Shown here in pieces: positions 10,289-21,482 of a stretch of DNA of 64,000 bases. The stretch spans positions 372,001-436,000 of the forward strand of contig NIVC01000419.1 in NCBI GenBank assembly GCA_002269645.1, read 5' to 3'. Position 1 is the stretch's first letter. Every line of letters starts with the position of its first letter. The notes beneath the pieces were generated by a model. The model was not told where the DNA came from. It did no database searches and saw only the letters and a program-made list of their open reading frames with translations. This DNA comes from Macrostomum lignano (taxonomy: Eukaryota). The position numbers and the translations under genes are program-made.

Positions 10289-13200
10289 ATGAGCGATGAG
10301 GCAACGATGAAGACTGTGGATACGGTGATTGACGACATAGGATTCGGCTGGTTTCAGGTAGGAGCAATCGCTTTTTTGGACTTTTTCTCCCGATTTAGGG
10401 AATTTTTGGCCAAAAACCACAACTATTCTGTACTTATTTGCAGGTTTAATCACTTTTATTATCTTCTCCTCACTTTTACCGTCTCCACCTTCTTTACCCT
10501 CTTTACCATTACCATCTTCACTTATTACCTCTCTTCATCGTATACCGAAGCTTTACATAATTTTCAAGTTACTTCTAGTAGAATAAACACAGTATGGGAC
10601 GTGGATGCGTTTTTAACAGGGTTTTTCCACAAAATTCAGTTCACCACAATAGTCTTAACACAGGCATACTCGTCGAAAAACACGAAAAGAAAACTTTTTT
10701 AAAGAGATAGGAAAGGGTGTTAATTCGGTTTCCAGAGAAAGGCTGTTGGGAAATAAAATTCGATAAACCTAAGAAAAATGTACCAGCTTCCAGTGATCTT
10801 TAGGCAGGTCAAGAAAGTGAACAGACTGCTAATTTGCTCTAAAAAACTGCTCTCGGCTTAAAGAGTGAAAGCAGACAGAGTCTTTTAGTATCGTGGACTA
10901 GCCTTCTGCCCCCCCCCCGCGGGGCTTTTAAGACAGGGTCTGTAGGACACTAAAAGGAGGCATTTAATAATATTACGAGCGTTATTCCATATCATTTCAG
11001 GTAGCTGTGCTCATTTTGTGCGGCTTTGTTCAGGCCAGCGATATGCTGGAAATCCAGTACGTCAGCTTGGTGAGCCAGCGACTGCAGTGCGTCTGGTGGA
11101 TCAGCGACTATTGGAAATCGTTCATCACATCGGCTACATTTATTGGATTATTCGTTGGTGCCTATCTGTGGGGTCCGATGGGTGATAAGCACTGCCGCCG
11201 TTCCGTCACTGCAGTCTGCATGGGCTTCATTGCTGTCTACGGCTTCCTGACTGCTCTGGCTCCCAATGTGATCTGGGTGGTGATTCTCCGCTTCCTAGTT
11301 GGCACCGGCATTGGCGGAGTGCAGCCACTAACGTCCGCAATGTTCAGCGAGTTCATGACCTCAGACACTCGAGGCATGACCTGGTTTGTGTTTCAGGTGA
11401 GAGTCGAAATGCAGTTATTTCCTCGTCTAGGCGACAGGATCGCATCCAGCATCCAAAACCACTGGTAGACTTCCGTTTTTGTTTGTCACTCACCCATGTA
11501 TTTTGTCTGCCACTCTCCCGTGTCTGTTGTCTGTCACTCTCCCGTGTCTTTTATCTATCATCCGTCTTTTGTCTGTCAATCCTTGAGTCTGTTGTCTCAA
11601 GATTGATGCTGTCTACTTTCTTGCCTTCTGAATTTTCAATGCGAATATAGACTTGGTACGAGGTGTGGCCAAAAAGTAACGATAATTTAGCTACAAAAAC
11701 TTTCAGAACAATAAATGCAAAGTCAACTGCATCCTTCAAAGTAATTGCCGCCACTTTCAACACATCGCCTCAATTGCTGGTGCCAGCTCCTGATGCAGCC
11801 CTGGAAGTCCTCCTTCATGATACCCCTCAGCACCCCTGTCACACTCTCCTTGATGGCATCCAAGTCTTCAAATCTGGATCCTTTGAGAACCTGCTTCACC
11901 TTTGGAAAGAGCCAGAAATCACACGGCGCCATATCTGGTGAATAAGGTGGATGGCTCAACTCTGCGACCAGTCTTTTGGCCCAAAACTGTCTCAATGTCC
12001 CGATGACCAATCGCAGCTGCTTCTGATCGTCAGTGAGGAACTTTGTCACAATCTTTGACGCTCTCCCATCCATCCCCGGAATCGCTTGTGCCACTAATAC
12101 ACCCTTGCCTGAGACATAGCATCATCTCTATGTCAAAGCACAAAGCAGCTGGAGGCATTCCGATGGCTTCTTGCCGAGTTTCACCAAAAACTTGATGTTG
12201 ATTAGTTGCTCATTGTTTATTTTGTAACACAGCAGTGTGACAGCTATAATGAAAAATAATTTTAAAATTATGAAAACCAAAACACTTCGACACAATACTG
12301 CTTCCTATAAAAGCTGAGAAGCTGGGCTTCAAGAAGACATCGATTAATTTTAGTAGAAGTTTGCATTTTCAGATTTAAGCAGCAATTCTCGTTACTTTTT
12401 GGCCACACCTCGTATACGATACGTTTCTTTGTAGCTGTTTCACTTGAAGGAACACCACTTTCACGTACGTGGCTGCCAGCACTAGCAGCACTAGCTGACT
12501 TTTCCCAGCCGATTTTGGGGAAGGGGTCCGCCCCACTTGCCACCTGGCTACTCACAGGTGTGTTGGCGCCCCATGATGGTGCTCCCACAATGGCGGACCC
12601 AAGGTGGCGCCGCTGGTACTGGATGGCGCTCCCCAAAGATGCGGCCCTAAAATAAAAAAACCTTGGTTATAGCCCTGTCTACTCCCCTAGTAAATTTTCA
12701 AAGTATGAGCTCGTATCAGTGTTCATTGTCGAGTATCGAGTAGGAATATCTGACCTACTCGGATCGCAATTCTCATAACGCAGGGACTGTGGTGCCTGGG
12801 TGGCCTCGTGGAGATCGGGTTCGCCTGGCTGCTGCTCGATCTGCAGCACGGCTGGAGATACCTGGCCGTGGTCACGGCCCTGCCAATGCTTTTTCTAAGT
12901 CTGCCCTGGCTGCTGTGGCTGCCCGTGTCTCCTAGGCAGAGTCTGCTTCAGGTAGGTTCGACAGTCGTGAAATCAGGAGTAAGAAGTGTTCGATTAAAAA
13001 GTAAGAATCACTTTTTAACTTTAGAGAGCAACTAAGTTGCGCTTCAATTTGTGTAGGTTCTAAATTTTTCATAAATTTCTCACTTCGTACATTAGTGAAC
13101 ACAGTGAGGCACAAACTGCGGTACTAGGGAAACTAGTTAAGTACACCTAGCAGTTGAGGTTTGTCCATTATTGAAGCTTGATAAGAAAAATCTGACCTAG

Positions 13201-16200
13201 CTGCAACAACGTGTCTATAATCGCCTGGTGTCACCCGTTGAAGGGGCCGACGGCGTCTGGATGACGGCCGAATGCTTGGGAGACTAGCTGAGGATGCCCA
13301 GCAGTAGAGGTTTGCTCACTTTCGTGGCTTGATCAGCAATACTAAAGAAATTAGAAATACAGTGTCCATAGTCAAATTACTTATGGCTCTCTGAAGAGAC
13401 GTACACTGGCGAAAACTTGCTCAAAAGTGTGCAAAACCATCCAATTTAACCCTAGAGCTAACAGCATGCTGTTTATTTGGTCAAGTGGCCCTGGCTTTCC
13501 GATACCGTACGAGTATTTGTCCAAATTGAACGCAAACCACACAGCCCAAAAAAGGAAAAATAGACAAGGTAAATATTTTCTTGTCAAAATTTCTACAGGG
13601 CCGCCTAGCAGAAACTCGCCAGGCGTTGAACAAAATGGCCGACATGAATTCGCAGCCCCGCTACCTGGGCGACTTCACCGTAACAGATCTGCTGCAGGGC
13701 AAGCAGAAGAACGGCAGAATATCCGAGCTGATTCGGCCAGATACCTACCTGCGACTGAGTCTGCAGCTGGCCTTTATTTCGTTTGTGGGTGGGTTCAACT
13801 ACTACGGAATGATCCTGCTCAACGTGCAGGTGCCGCTCCTACTCCATGAACGCTGCGTGCTGACCGACTCTGCCACAAATGTGACTAGAGCTTCTCCTTG
13901 GCAGCCGGGGCTCGATCGCTCCTGCCACAGCTGCTCGCCGTTCAACTATATCGAAATGCTGGTGCGTTGCCGCTTGAAGACTTTTGTTCACTGCGCTATC
14001 AAACGAGGCCGACCTGAGAAAATAATGAATGCGCATTTCGGTCGCAGCAGATCAACAATACAAAGTAGAATACATGTAGCTCGCATTTTATCTCCGATTT
14101 TACTCTTTTTTTAGAGGTAGGGGGGTTGTGTGCACCCTGGCGCACTTTAAGCGACATTGTCACACAACCGGCGAGAGGCATTGCTGCCCATTCCGCCGAC
14201 TCCCCTGAGCAAACACACAAGCGCGCGGATACGTACACAGTCATACGCACAGGCACACACTCACACAGAAGTGTACAGCGGCCCTAACTTTATATTATCG
14301 TTAGGCATGTACACTTCACTGCGCCTTGGGGGGGGGGTTGGCTCTCAAGGCCGTTAATTGCACGAGCAGAGCCAAGTCGAGATTCCAATTCATCCTTAAA
14401 TTAATGTGACTGCACTTGGAATCGAGCCTGGGTCGCTGGCATACCAAAGCCTGCGCTACCGCTGGGCTACGGCCCCCCTGATTTTACTCTGAAATATGTT
14501 ATAGTTTGTTCTTTTACTTAAAAACTACTAGCTGGTTACACACAGCTAATTCGGGGGAACTAATGGCTTCTGATTATACGGGAACGAGAGTATTTGTTAT
14601 AATGTAATATATTCTTTTAGATGTAATGTATCATAAAAGAGCTAAAGTGGGAAGCTTGAAATTTACGACGAAAGACGTCGTCAGAGCGTCTTTCAAGACG
14701 AAAAATTCCAAGGTCGTAGCATGTGAGGGAGATTAGCTCAGTGATAAACACGTCTTGAACTCTCACGCCACGACCACATGGTTCGATTCCCACATTCCCG
14801 CATTCAGTTGGGGCTTGTGTGTACAAGAATTGACCGGCGGGTTGTGCGGGTTGGCCCTGTGTGAGCGTGTATACGGCTCGTATGTGCTCAGGGTCAGCGG
14901 AATGAGGAGAGTTGTGATCTTAGAACGACGCCCACAACCCTTTTTCAACATTGTCATTATTATTATCTTAAAAAAACTCAGAAAAATTGCAGAACTCCAC
15001 TACTCTGCCATATTTCAGATTCCTACAATAGCCGACCTCGTCACTGCGCTTGTAAACGCTTTTATTATCGAACGCTTCCTCGGTCGCCGTCTCATCATGG
15101 CGATCGCATTCTGTCTGGCCTCCATCCTGATTCCCCTGCTGAGCTGCTGCATGGACAGCTCCGCTAGAATCGTTCTGTTCTTTGTCATTCGCTTCTTTAT
15201 AGCCAGCGGCTACGATGTGGTCTGGCTGTACGTTCTGGAGGCTTACCCGACGTCTCTGCGATCAACTGCAGTGGGTTTTCACTCGTCATTCAGCCGGATC
15301 GCCTCAATTCTGGTGCCCTATGTGGCCCAGATTTTCATCACCCGGGTGTCTCTGCTCGGCGGGCTGCTCATCTTCTCTGGACTGTTGGCGCTGGCCACTC
15401 TCAATGCCGCACTGCTCCCCATAGAGACCAAGGCTATGCCGTTGGCGCAGACGCGGTCGCCTCAGCAGGTAAACGTAGTTGAAATAATGCGCTTTAATAC
15501 CTCGTAGGTTTTAGCTATTTCTAATTTCAGTTGAAAGATGTTAGCTTCATATATAGAAAACATGTATGGTGCCTAATAATAATAATAATAATATAGTAAT
15601 AGTTGACTACACCTGCCCCAATAAGGCAGATGTGCAACCGGCAGCTCAGCCGCAGCTATTGCACGGCGCATCTGAAAGCTGCGTACGGCTGTTCAGTCCT
15701 AGGACTGGGGGGGGGGTCGCCACACACCCAGAATTACCCCAGCTAATGCTGGCACCCATTTTACAGCTGGGTGAACTGAAGCAATGCAGAGTTAAGTTCT
15801 TGCTCAAGGACACAAATTGTTTCGAGTGGGATCGAGAATCGAACCCCCGACCTTCAAGTCGTGAGTCCGACGCTCTAACCATTAGGCTACAACCTATGGT
15901 GTTTAATATAGTTTCAAAGCTTGTTTAGGTATTTTCGTTAAGAAAGATTCTTCCGTCGAATTTAATACTCATTCCAAAATTTGTTCAGATATACGTTTCT
16001 GCACTGAAGTTTATGAGGCATCTGAAGGTATCTTTCAGTGTAATTCGTTTAATCAAGGCCAATGAGTCGTTTAAAGTCCTTGAATCAACTGGACGACTCC
16101 CTGAGCACACCCATGGATCCCTCTTCTGGGTGTATCTCTTACGGACCTACCAGTACTCTGTAAAGGACTAATTTCAGAGTCCATGGCTGTCTGCCTGGAC

Positions 16201-16702
16201 TCTTTTGAATCGTCATTTACGAAATAACTTTGCTCTTCTTTCTTGAAAGTTGTTAATTTAAAAGCTTGAGCACGAAAATTGACCGGCTGGTCGTGCAATT
16301 CACACCCCTGAGGGCGAACCCCTAGGGCCGCTATGCAACCCTGTGTAAGTGCGTGCCTGCGTACAATATCCGCGGATGTCAGGAGTGTATCGAAACGCCT
16401 CAACGCCGGCTGGTCGTGATGACCACGTCACCAGGGTTCCCACAAGCCTTATTTTGTTTTTTCTAGGCTCATTTATTATTAAAATCAAATCATGTTAAAG
16501 ATTGTTTGGTAAAACATTTGAGCCTTCTGTCTTCGACTCTGACACTACTTTCTAACACATTATCAACTTCTAATTAATTAACTATTTCCAGATCGCTGCT
16601 GACTCCTCCAACGAGAAGCAAATGATGATGGCAAAGTCGGACGAGGCAGTCCCGGGGCATCAGGGCTACGGCAGTGTGAACACTCCCACAAAGATGGATT
16701 GA
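10289..16702 (+). CDS. SVOP: SVOP-like MFS transporter, copy 1, intact, 518 aa
   Basis: Exons 10289-10357, 11001-11396, 12784-12951, 13599-13961, 15019-15468, 16592-16702. All introns GT-AG, phase 0, with no internal stops. Hallmarks match SVOP as I recall it: IDDIGFGWFQ, LQCVW, LRFLVGTGIGG, FNYYGMILL, EAYPTSLR, LPIETK. Confidence 0.92.
11659..12412 (-). mobile_element. Internally deleted mariner (Tc1/mariner) DNA transposon in SVOP copy 1 intron 2
   Basis: 29-bp TIRs CGAGGTGTGGCCAAAAAGTAACGA(T/G)AATT with TA on both sides (11657-58, 12413-14). Minus-strand ORF 11723-12094 has HPPYSPDMAPCDFWLFP and GGNYFEG, the mariner transposase C-terminus. Confidence 0.95.
14108..14478 (-). mobile_element. 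tRNA-derived SINE, family 1, full length
   Basis: Head GGGGGCCGTAGCCCAGCGGTAG (A box) ... GGCTCGATTCC (B box), A-rich tail, multiple copies in the window. Confidence 0.88.
14727..14945 (+). mobile_element. tRNA-derived SINE, family 3
   Basis: GGGAGATTAGCTCAGTGA (A box) and GGTTCGATTCCC (B box). Body shares GCTCAGGG..GTC(A/G)GCGGAATG with family 1. Single copy in the window. Confidence 0.6.
15573..15895 (-). mobile_element. tRNA-derived CORE-like SINE, family 2, full length with (TAT)n tail
   Basis: Reverse complement of 34944-35257. A/B boxes present. CCTTGAGCAAGA-ACTTAAC...CAGCTGTAAAATGGG resembles the MIR/CORE domain. Confidence 0.88.
16270..16445 (+). mobile_element. Diverged SINE family-1-related body
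   Basis: TCGTGCAATT, TAGGGCCGCT, TATCCGCG, CGCCGG and CCAGGGT.C.CACAA blocks are colinear with family 1. Confidence 0.6.
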
Positions 16703-17199
16703 AAAGTCTTTGTATTTTCGTGATTTATTTCAGCTATTGTAATGATAGCTATAGCTCACAAGCTCGTATGTTAATATGGAAGAGGTCCTCTCACATTGTT
16801 TTCGTACCAAGTTCCGATGTAATATGTCCCAAAAAATGTTTTATTGCTTTTCTGCTATACTATAACAATCGAAGCGAGTATTATACTTTATTAAGGGAAA
16901 TTATATTCGACCAATTATTGCTTAGCGTACAATGAAAATTGCATTTTTAAATTTACTTGATGTGGCTAAGATCAGGTGCTAGGAAGTTATAGAATCTGCA
17001 AAAGCTTTGATAAAGTTCACGTGATCGGTCATTAACTGACATGTTAAAAATAGACAAGAACGTCCAATCAACTGCTGTAGTCAGTTGAAGCAAAATCAGA
17101 GTCTTCTCAATGCTGGCCTAGCGCGGGTGCCACAGCGGCACCGGCTGATTCTAGTGCAAATCCCGACGCTTCGACACTAGACTCTGCAGACAAAAAGTT

Positions 17200-17852
17200 C
17201 AATTTGCAGACTATAGATTGTTCCATGACAATGGAGGAAAGAATGAAATTGAGTGCTAATCTGTGCCAGTTATTTTGTCTCGCTCGAGAAGGTACCGAGT
17301 GGTTGGCTGGAACGGGTGGACGTATCGTCTCACCCGTGCAGTGGTATTCGGGCACCACAACTGCTTGGAGCGGGCACCAGAGAGCAGTCGGTTTCAATCA
17401 CAGACAAAGTCGACAGTACAGGAAAGTGATCTCAAAGGGAAAGCCACACATGTACACGTACCTAGCTCGGACATAGACACAAGTGATTCCGAAACAGATG
17501 ACGATCTGGGGAACGCTCGCACCGTGAGAGTCGCTGAGGCTGCTGCGCCCTCCTTTTCAGATCTCCGGCGGAGCCGACAAGTCGGCCAACAACGCCAGCT
17601 ACTTCAAGTGAACCCGATTGGGACGAAGCGGTACTACAAGGCGCCCCCGGCATCGGATATTGAATTGACAGTACCCGCATTTCACTGTTTCGGTGACGCC
17701 TTGGCAATGCATGCGGATAATACTGACATGAAAGTTCGAGTTTTTTTCGAGGGGAGGAGTGTCATGAGCAGAGAGTAATAGGACACAGTGTACGCTGTGT
17801 ACCCCTTGGGGCGTGTGTACGTTAATGGGGTTGTCGCAAATAGTTGCAAATA
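17200..17852 (+). mobile_element. Ty3/gypsy 3' end: pol tail, polypurine tract and first 93 bp of the 3' LTR
   Basis: Frameshifted KLSAN../PVILSR..YRVVG (GPY/F-like), acidic spacer, then LRRSRQ. PPT GAGGGGAGGAG at 17749-17759 is immediately followed by TGTCATGAGC, which matches the LTR at 20322-20230 in 88 of 93 positions. Confidence 0.8.
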
Positions 17853-20322
17853 TGTAACAAAATGCGTCCCTAAACATAAGATCCCCCAAAACAACGCACA
17901 TTAACCGCTGAAAACTGGACGGCATACCCGACAAGCCAAACGGACAACCTCTCTCCCATTGATACTGACCCCATGGTACCACAAACCTCGTTAGATGCTT
18001 ATCCTCGTCCCGCAGCGGCATCTGATAGTACCCGGACTTAGCATCCAGCGTCGAGAAATAGCTACCTTCCCCCTAGCCTGTCAATCAAATCCTCGATGTG
18101 CGGCAGTGGATGCATGGTCGTAGGGACCTTGCATTGAGCCCTCGATAGTCTATGGCAAGCCTGAGCCGTCCACCTTTCTTCCTGGCGCAAACGATCGGAG
18201 CGGCCAGGGTGACGAGCTCGGCCGTATCAGCCCAGTGTCCGCTAGCTTCTCGATCTCATGCCGCACTTCCCCTTCCTCAATGGGAGAGAGTCGGCGCGCT
18301 TTTGCGTGAAAGGGGACGGCCTCTGGCTTCAGCCGTATCACGTGCTGCACCCCAACATCGACTAACGGCACGCTCTCGCCCTCCTTCCACATCAAATCAT
18401 CAAACTCTTCTAAGAGAGCATTAATTTCCTCTTGCTGTTGACCTGTGTGATCTGGGTTCACCTTGTAGGAAACGTTCCCTTTTGCAGATGGTGACCATGT
18501 TGTTTTCGTCGAAGCCAAGCTCACTGACGCCACTGCGGCGGCTCGGGCAACGGGAACGCTGGACGGCATCTCGACAACATCGTCAGACCCATTCCGAAGA
18601 AAGGACCGCTATCCTTCCATCAAGCCCACAGCCAACCGATGTAGTGACCATCAATGCAGAATCATTCTCGTCGTCGTTATATCAACCAAGTAGGCCAGAC
18701 CGGCACTTAAGTGAGAAGCATGACACTCGACTAGAGCCTCTGTCCTCGGCGGCAGCGACGTCTTTTCCGCCGTCAAAAGCATGTAGGAACTAAAGTCTTG
18801 CCGACTCGGAGATTTCAACAGAGGGACGACTTGATGCGTCGCCTCAATAGTAAGCGTTGAGTTTTTAAGATCAAAAGTCAGGTTACCCAGCTGACAAAGC
18901 AAGTCCACTCCAAAAATCGACGGAACCACCATGTTGCTGACCACCAAGAACTCATGCTCTAACCTCCGACCACCAATATCAAACGGCAGAAAAGCCTCAC
19001 CCCTAAGACTCAACAGTCCTCCGTCCACACTCTGCAACGATGTCTGTGGCAAGTGGTGTACTAATTTTGCCCCCAACTGCTTGCTCAGCTCTTCACTAAT
19101 GATGCTGTAGTCGGCCCCTGTGTCAATTAAGCTTATCACTGACCTACTACCCGTTCGGATGTCCGTGTACGGACTCCGAATCATGCTCCGGCCGAGTGAG
19201 CTCTCAAACCGGACAAACGAAGAATCGTGCGTGCATGCCCCAACATCGTTAAAAGCCATAATTTGAACCTCAGACATCCCATCTGCACTCACCACATTCG
19301 CTCTCCCAGGTGCCGATGCCGGCCGCCAGCTTGGATTCTCCCTTAGTCGCTTGAAGCACTTTTGCCATCCCCAGCGATGGGTACGCGGCAGTACCAGCAG
19401 TCAACGCGTTCACCATCGCCCGCGCCGCCGTTGGGCGCTGCCCATGGCGGCCAGTCCAGCTGTTGACCTTCTGCGTCAGGGCTTCAACTGCGGCCACAAT
19501 GCCGAACGGTTCCGCCACTTCAATACCACAACCGATCCGCAGCATCGCTTCCGCCGCTTAGGCCACCTTCAAAACTTCATCGTAGGTCTTTGCTGCCCGT
19601 CCGTCTGATTGCATCCAACCCTGACTAAGCACTTCCTTGCGTACTTCTGCATTTTGGATATTCGAGATGAACTTCCACAGAACGCGGGACCTCAACGTGT
19701 CCGCCGAATCGTGTTGGAAAGTACACGCTCCCAACTGCCGGAGTCAGGTCAAAAAAATGTCCAAAGTCTCATCATTCAGCTGCGCAGCACTCTCGAAATT
19801 CTGGATGGCCACCTCCAACGCCTTGTCCCGTCTCGTAGCGCTCCGCCAGTTTTTTGAGCAGCTCATAGCTATTATCAACCCAAGGCTCCTTCGCTGACGC
19901 TGCCTGCAGCACCAGTAGCTCGGTCTCCCCCTTCAGCTGCAGCCGGAGTTGCAACGCCACAAATTCTGGGTCACTCCACTGCTTGTGGCCACCCATAGTG
20001 TTGGCCTTAATGACTAGGCCTACATGCTCTCGGAACGCAATCCAAGCTGGCAGGGACACGTCTTCACCAAAACTACGATTCAGCCTGCACTCATGCGACT
20101 GGCGTAGAGCAGGGGACGACTCGTCACTGGACATAACACGCTGCCACCAATGTGAAGACCTAAAAAACGCGTAGTTTGTTAATACTAGAAAATGTGCCGG
20201 CTTACAAGCCGAGACGCGTATATTTTTCTTATTTGCAACTATTTGTGACAACCCCCTTAACGTGCACACACCCCCAGGGGTACACAGCGTACACTGTGTC
20301 CTATTACTCTCTGCTCATGACA
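17853..20322 (-). mobile_element. Ty3/gypsy 5' half: 172-bp 5' LTR, PBS, gag, protease, truncated RT
   Basis: LTR 20322-20151 (TGT...ACA). PBS TGGTGGCAGCG at 20149-20139 (tRNA-Leu type). gag ATG at 20134. Protease LIDTGADYSII near 19110-19130. RT WAAPIV..KKGGRLRLAIDYRGLN, YFSTLDAKSGYYQM and PFGL, cut off at CYI where YIDD is expected. Frameshifts and stops present. Confidence 0.92.
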
Positions 20323-20329
20323 ATGTGAT

Positions 20330-21482
20330 CAAAGGACTTAATGAACCAACTTTAGCCAGAGAGCTTTGATCATTTCTAGGACTCGCAGAGATTCAGCTAG
20401 GTTCATCAAGGACCTTGCTACATTAAAGGAGCCACTGGCGAGGTTAATCTGACAAGATGAAAAGTGGTGTTGAGGCGTGGAGGAGCGGTCTGCCTTTAAC
20501 AAAATCAAGGAGAAGATTGTCAAGTTAGAAGTGATCAAGCCATTTAACCCAAGTGACTCCGTAACTACTGTACACTCACCAACGACGCATCACGGTATGG
20601 CATTGGGGCTGTGCTCGAGCAGAGCAGCGGAACACTACTCTTCATCTCCAAAACACTGAGCCAAGCAGAGAGGAACTATGCACAGACCGAACGTGATGGT
20701 TTGACCATTATCTGGGCTGTCAAGCGCTTTCAAAAATATCTGTATGGACGCAAGTTCACACTGCTGACGGACCATCATCCATTAAAGTACTGTTTAAAGG
20801 AATCGGAATTGTGGTCCCAATGTCGTTGCGTGGGTATGTTCTGAGCAAACTTCATGATGGACATCTGGGAGCCCATAATATGAAATCCATAGCTCGACAG
20901 TGCGTGCGGTGGACTTCAATCGACCCAGACAATGAACTCAAAGCCAATTCATGCACAAACTGTCAGATGCAAAAGGATCACACGACAGGAGGCTGGGTTT
21001 CATGGCCTCCGGGGCCGCGTGCACATCGACTTCGCTGGCCCCGTAAATAACGGCAAATTCTGCTTGATCATGATTGATGCTTACAGCAAGTGGGCGGAGG
21101 TCCATCTGATGAGTTCAATCACCACCGAGGACACGATTCTTCGACTCCGTCGCACATTTGCTCAGGAGGGAGTCATTGTCATTATCATTGTCATTGTCAG
21201 GAGTGAGTCTGTCATTGTCTCAGACAACGGACCTCAGTTTGTCTCGAAAGAGATAGAAACCTGGTTCTGAGCAATTGGCTGTAAACATCTTTTGATGCCA
21301 CCCTACCATCCTCGCTCAAATTGCATAGCGGAAAGATAAAAAAACCCGGGATATAAAAAATCATCTTCACGCAGCCTTTGACCAGAATGACATGTAAGCC
21401 AGTATTGACAGGTTTTTGCTACAATCAAGAAATTCAAAGCATTCAGCAACTGGCATGTCACCAGCGGAACTGATGAGAGGCT
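20330..21482 (+). mobile_element. Decayed Mag-type Ty3/gypsy pol fragment (RT thumb, RNase H, integrase)
   Basis: SKTLSQAERNYAQTE, YLYGRKFTLLTDHHPL, LHDGHLG..CTNC (HHCC), VHIDFAGP..IDAYSKW, IVSDNGPQF, PYHPRSN, HSATGMSPAELM. Multiple frameshifts. Confidence 0.92.

Noticed and set aside
16080-16444. Solo LTR (minus strand begins TGTGGG)
   Set aside because: No matching end or TSD, and the sequence aligns with the family-1 SINE body.
17760-20322. DNA transposon with 93-bp TIRs capturing a retroelement fragment
   Set aside because: The left repeat follows a PPT, the right repeat extends to a 172-bp TG...CA unit followed by a PBS, and there is no TSD. Both are LTR sequence.
17853-21482. One gypsy element whose gag-PR-RT half was inverted relative to RH-IN at 20330-21482
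   Set aside because: The domain order would fit, but the RT motifs are not Mag-type while the RH-IN motifs are, and the LTR/PBS belong with the minus-strand part. A phylogeny of both parts would settle it.
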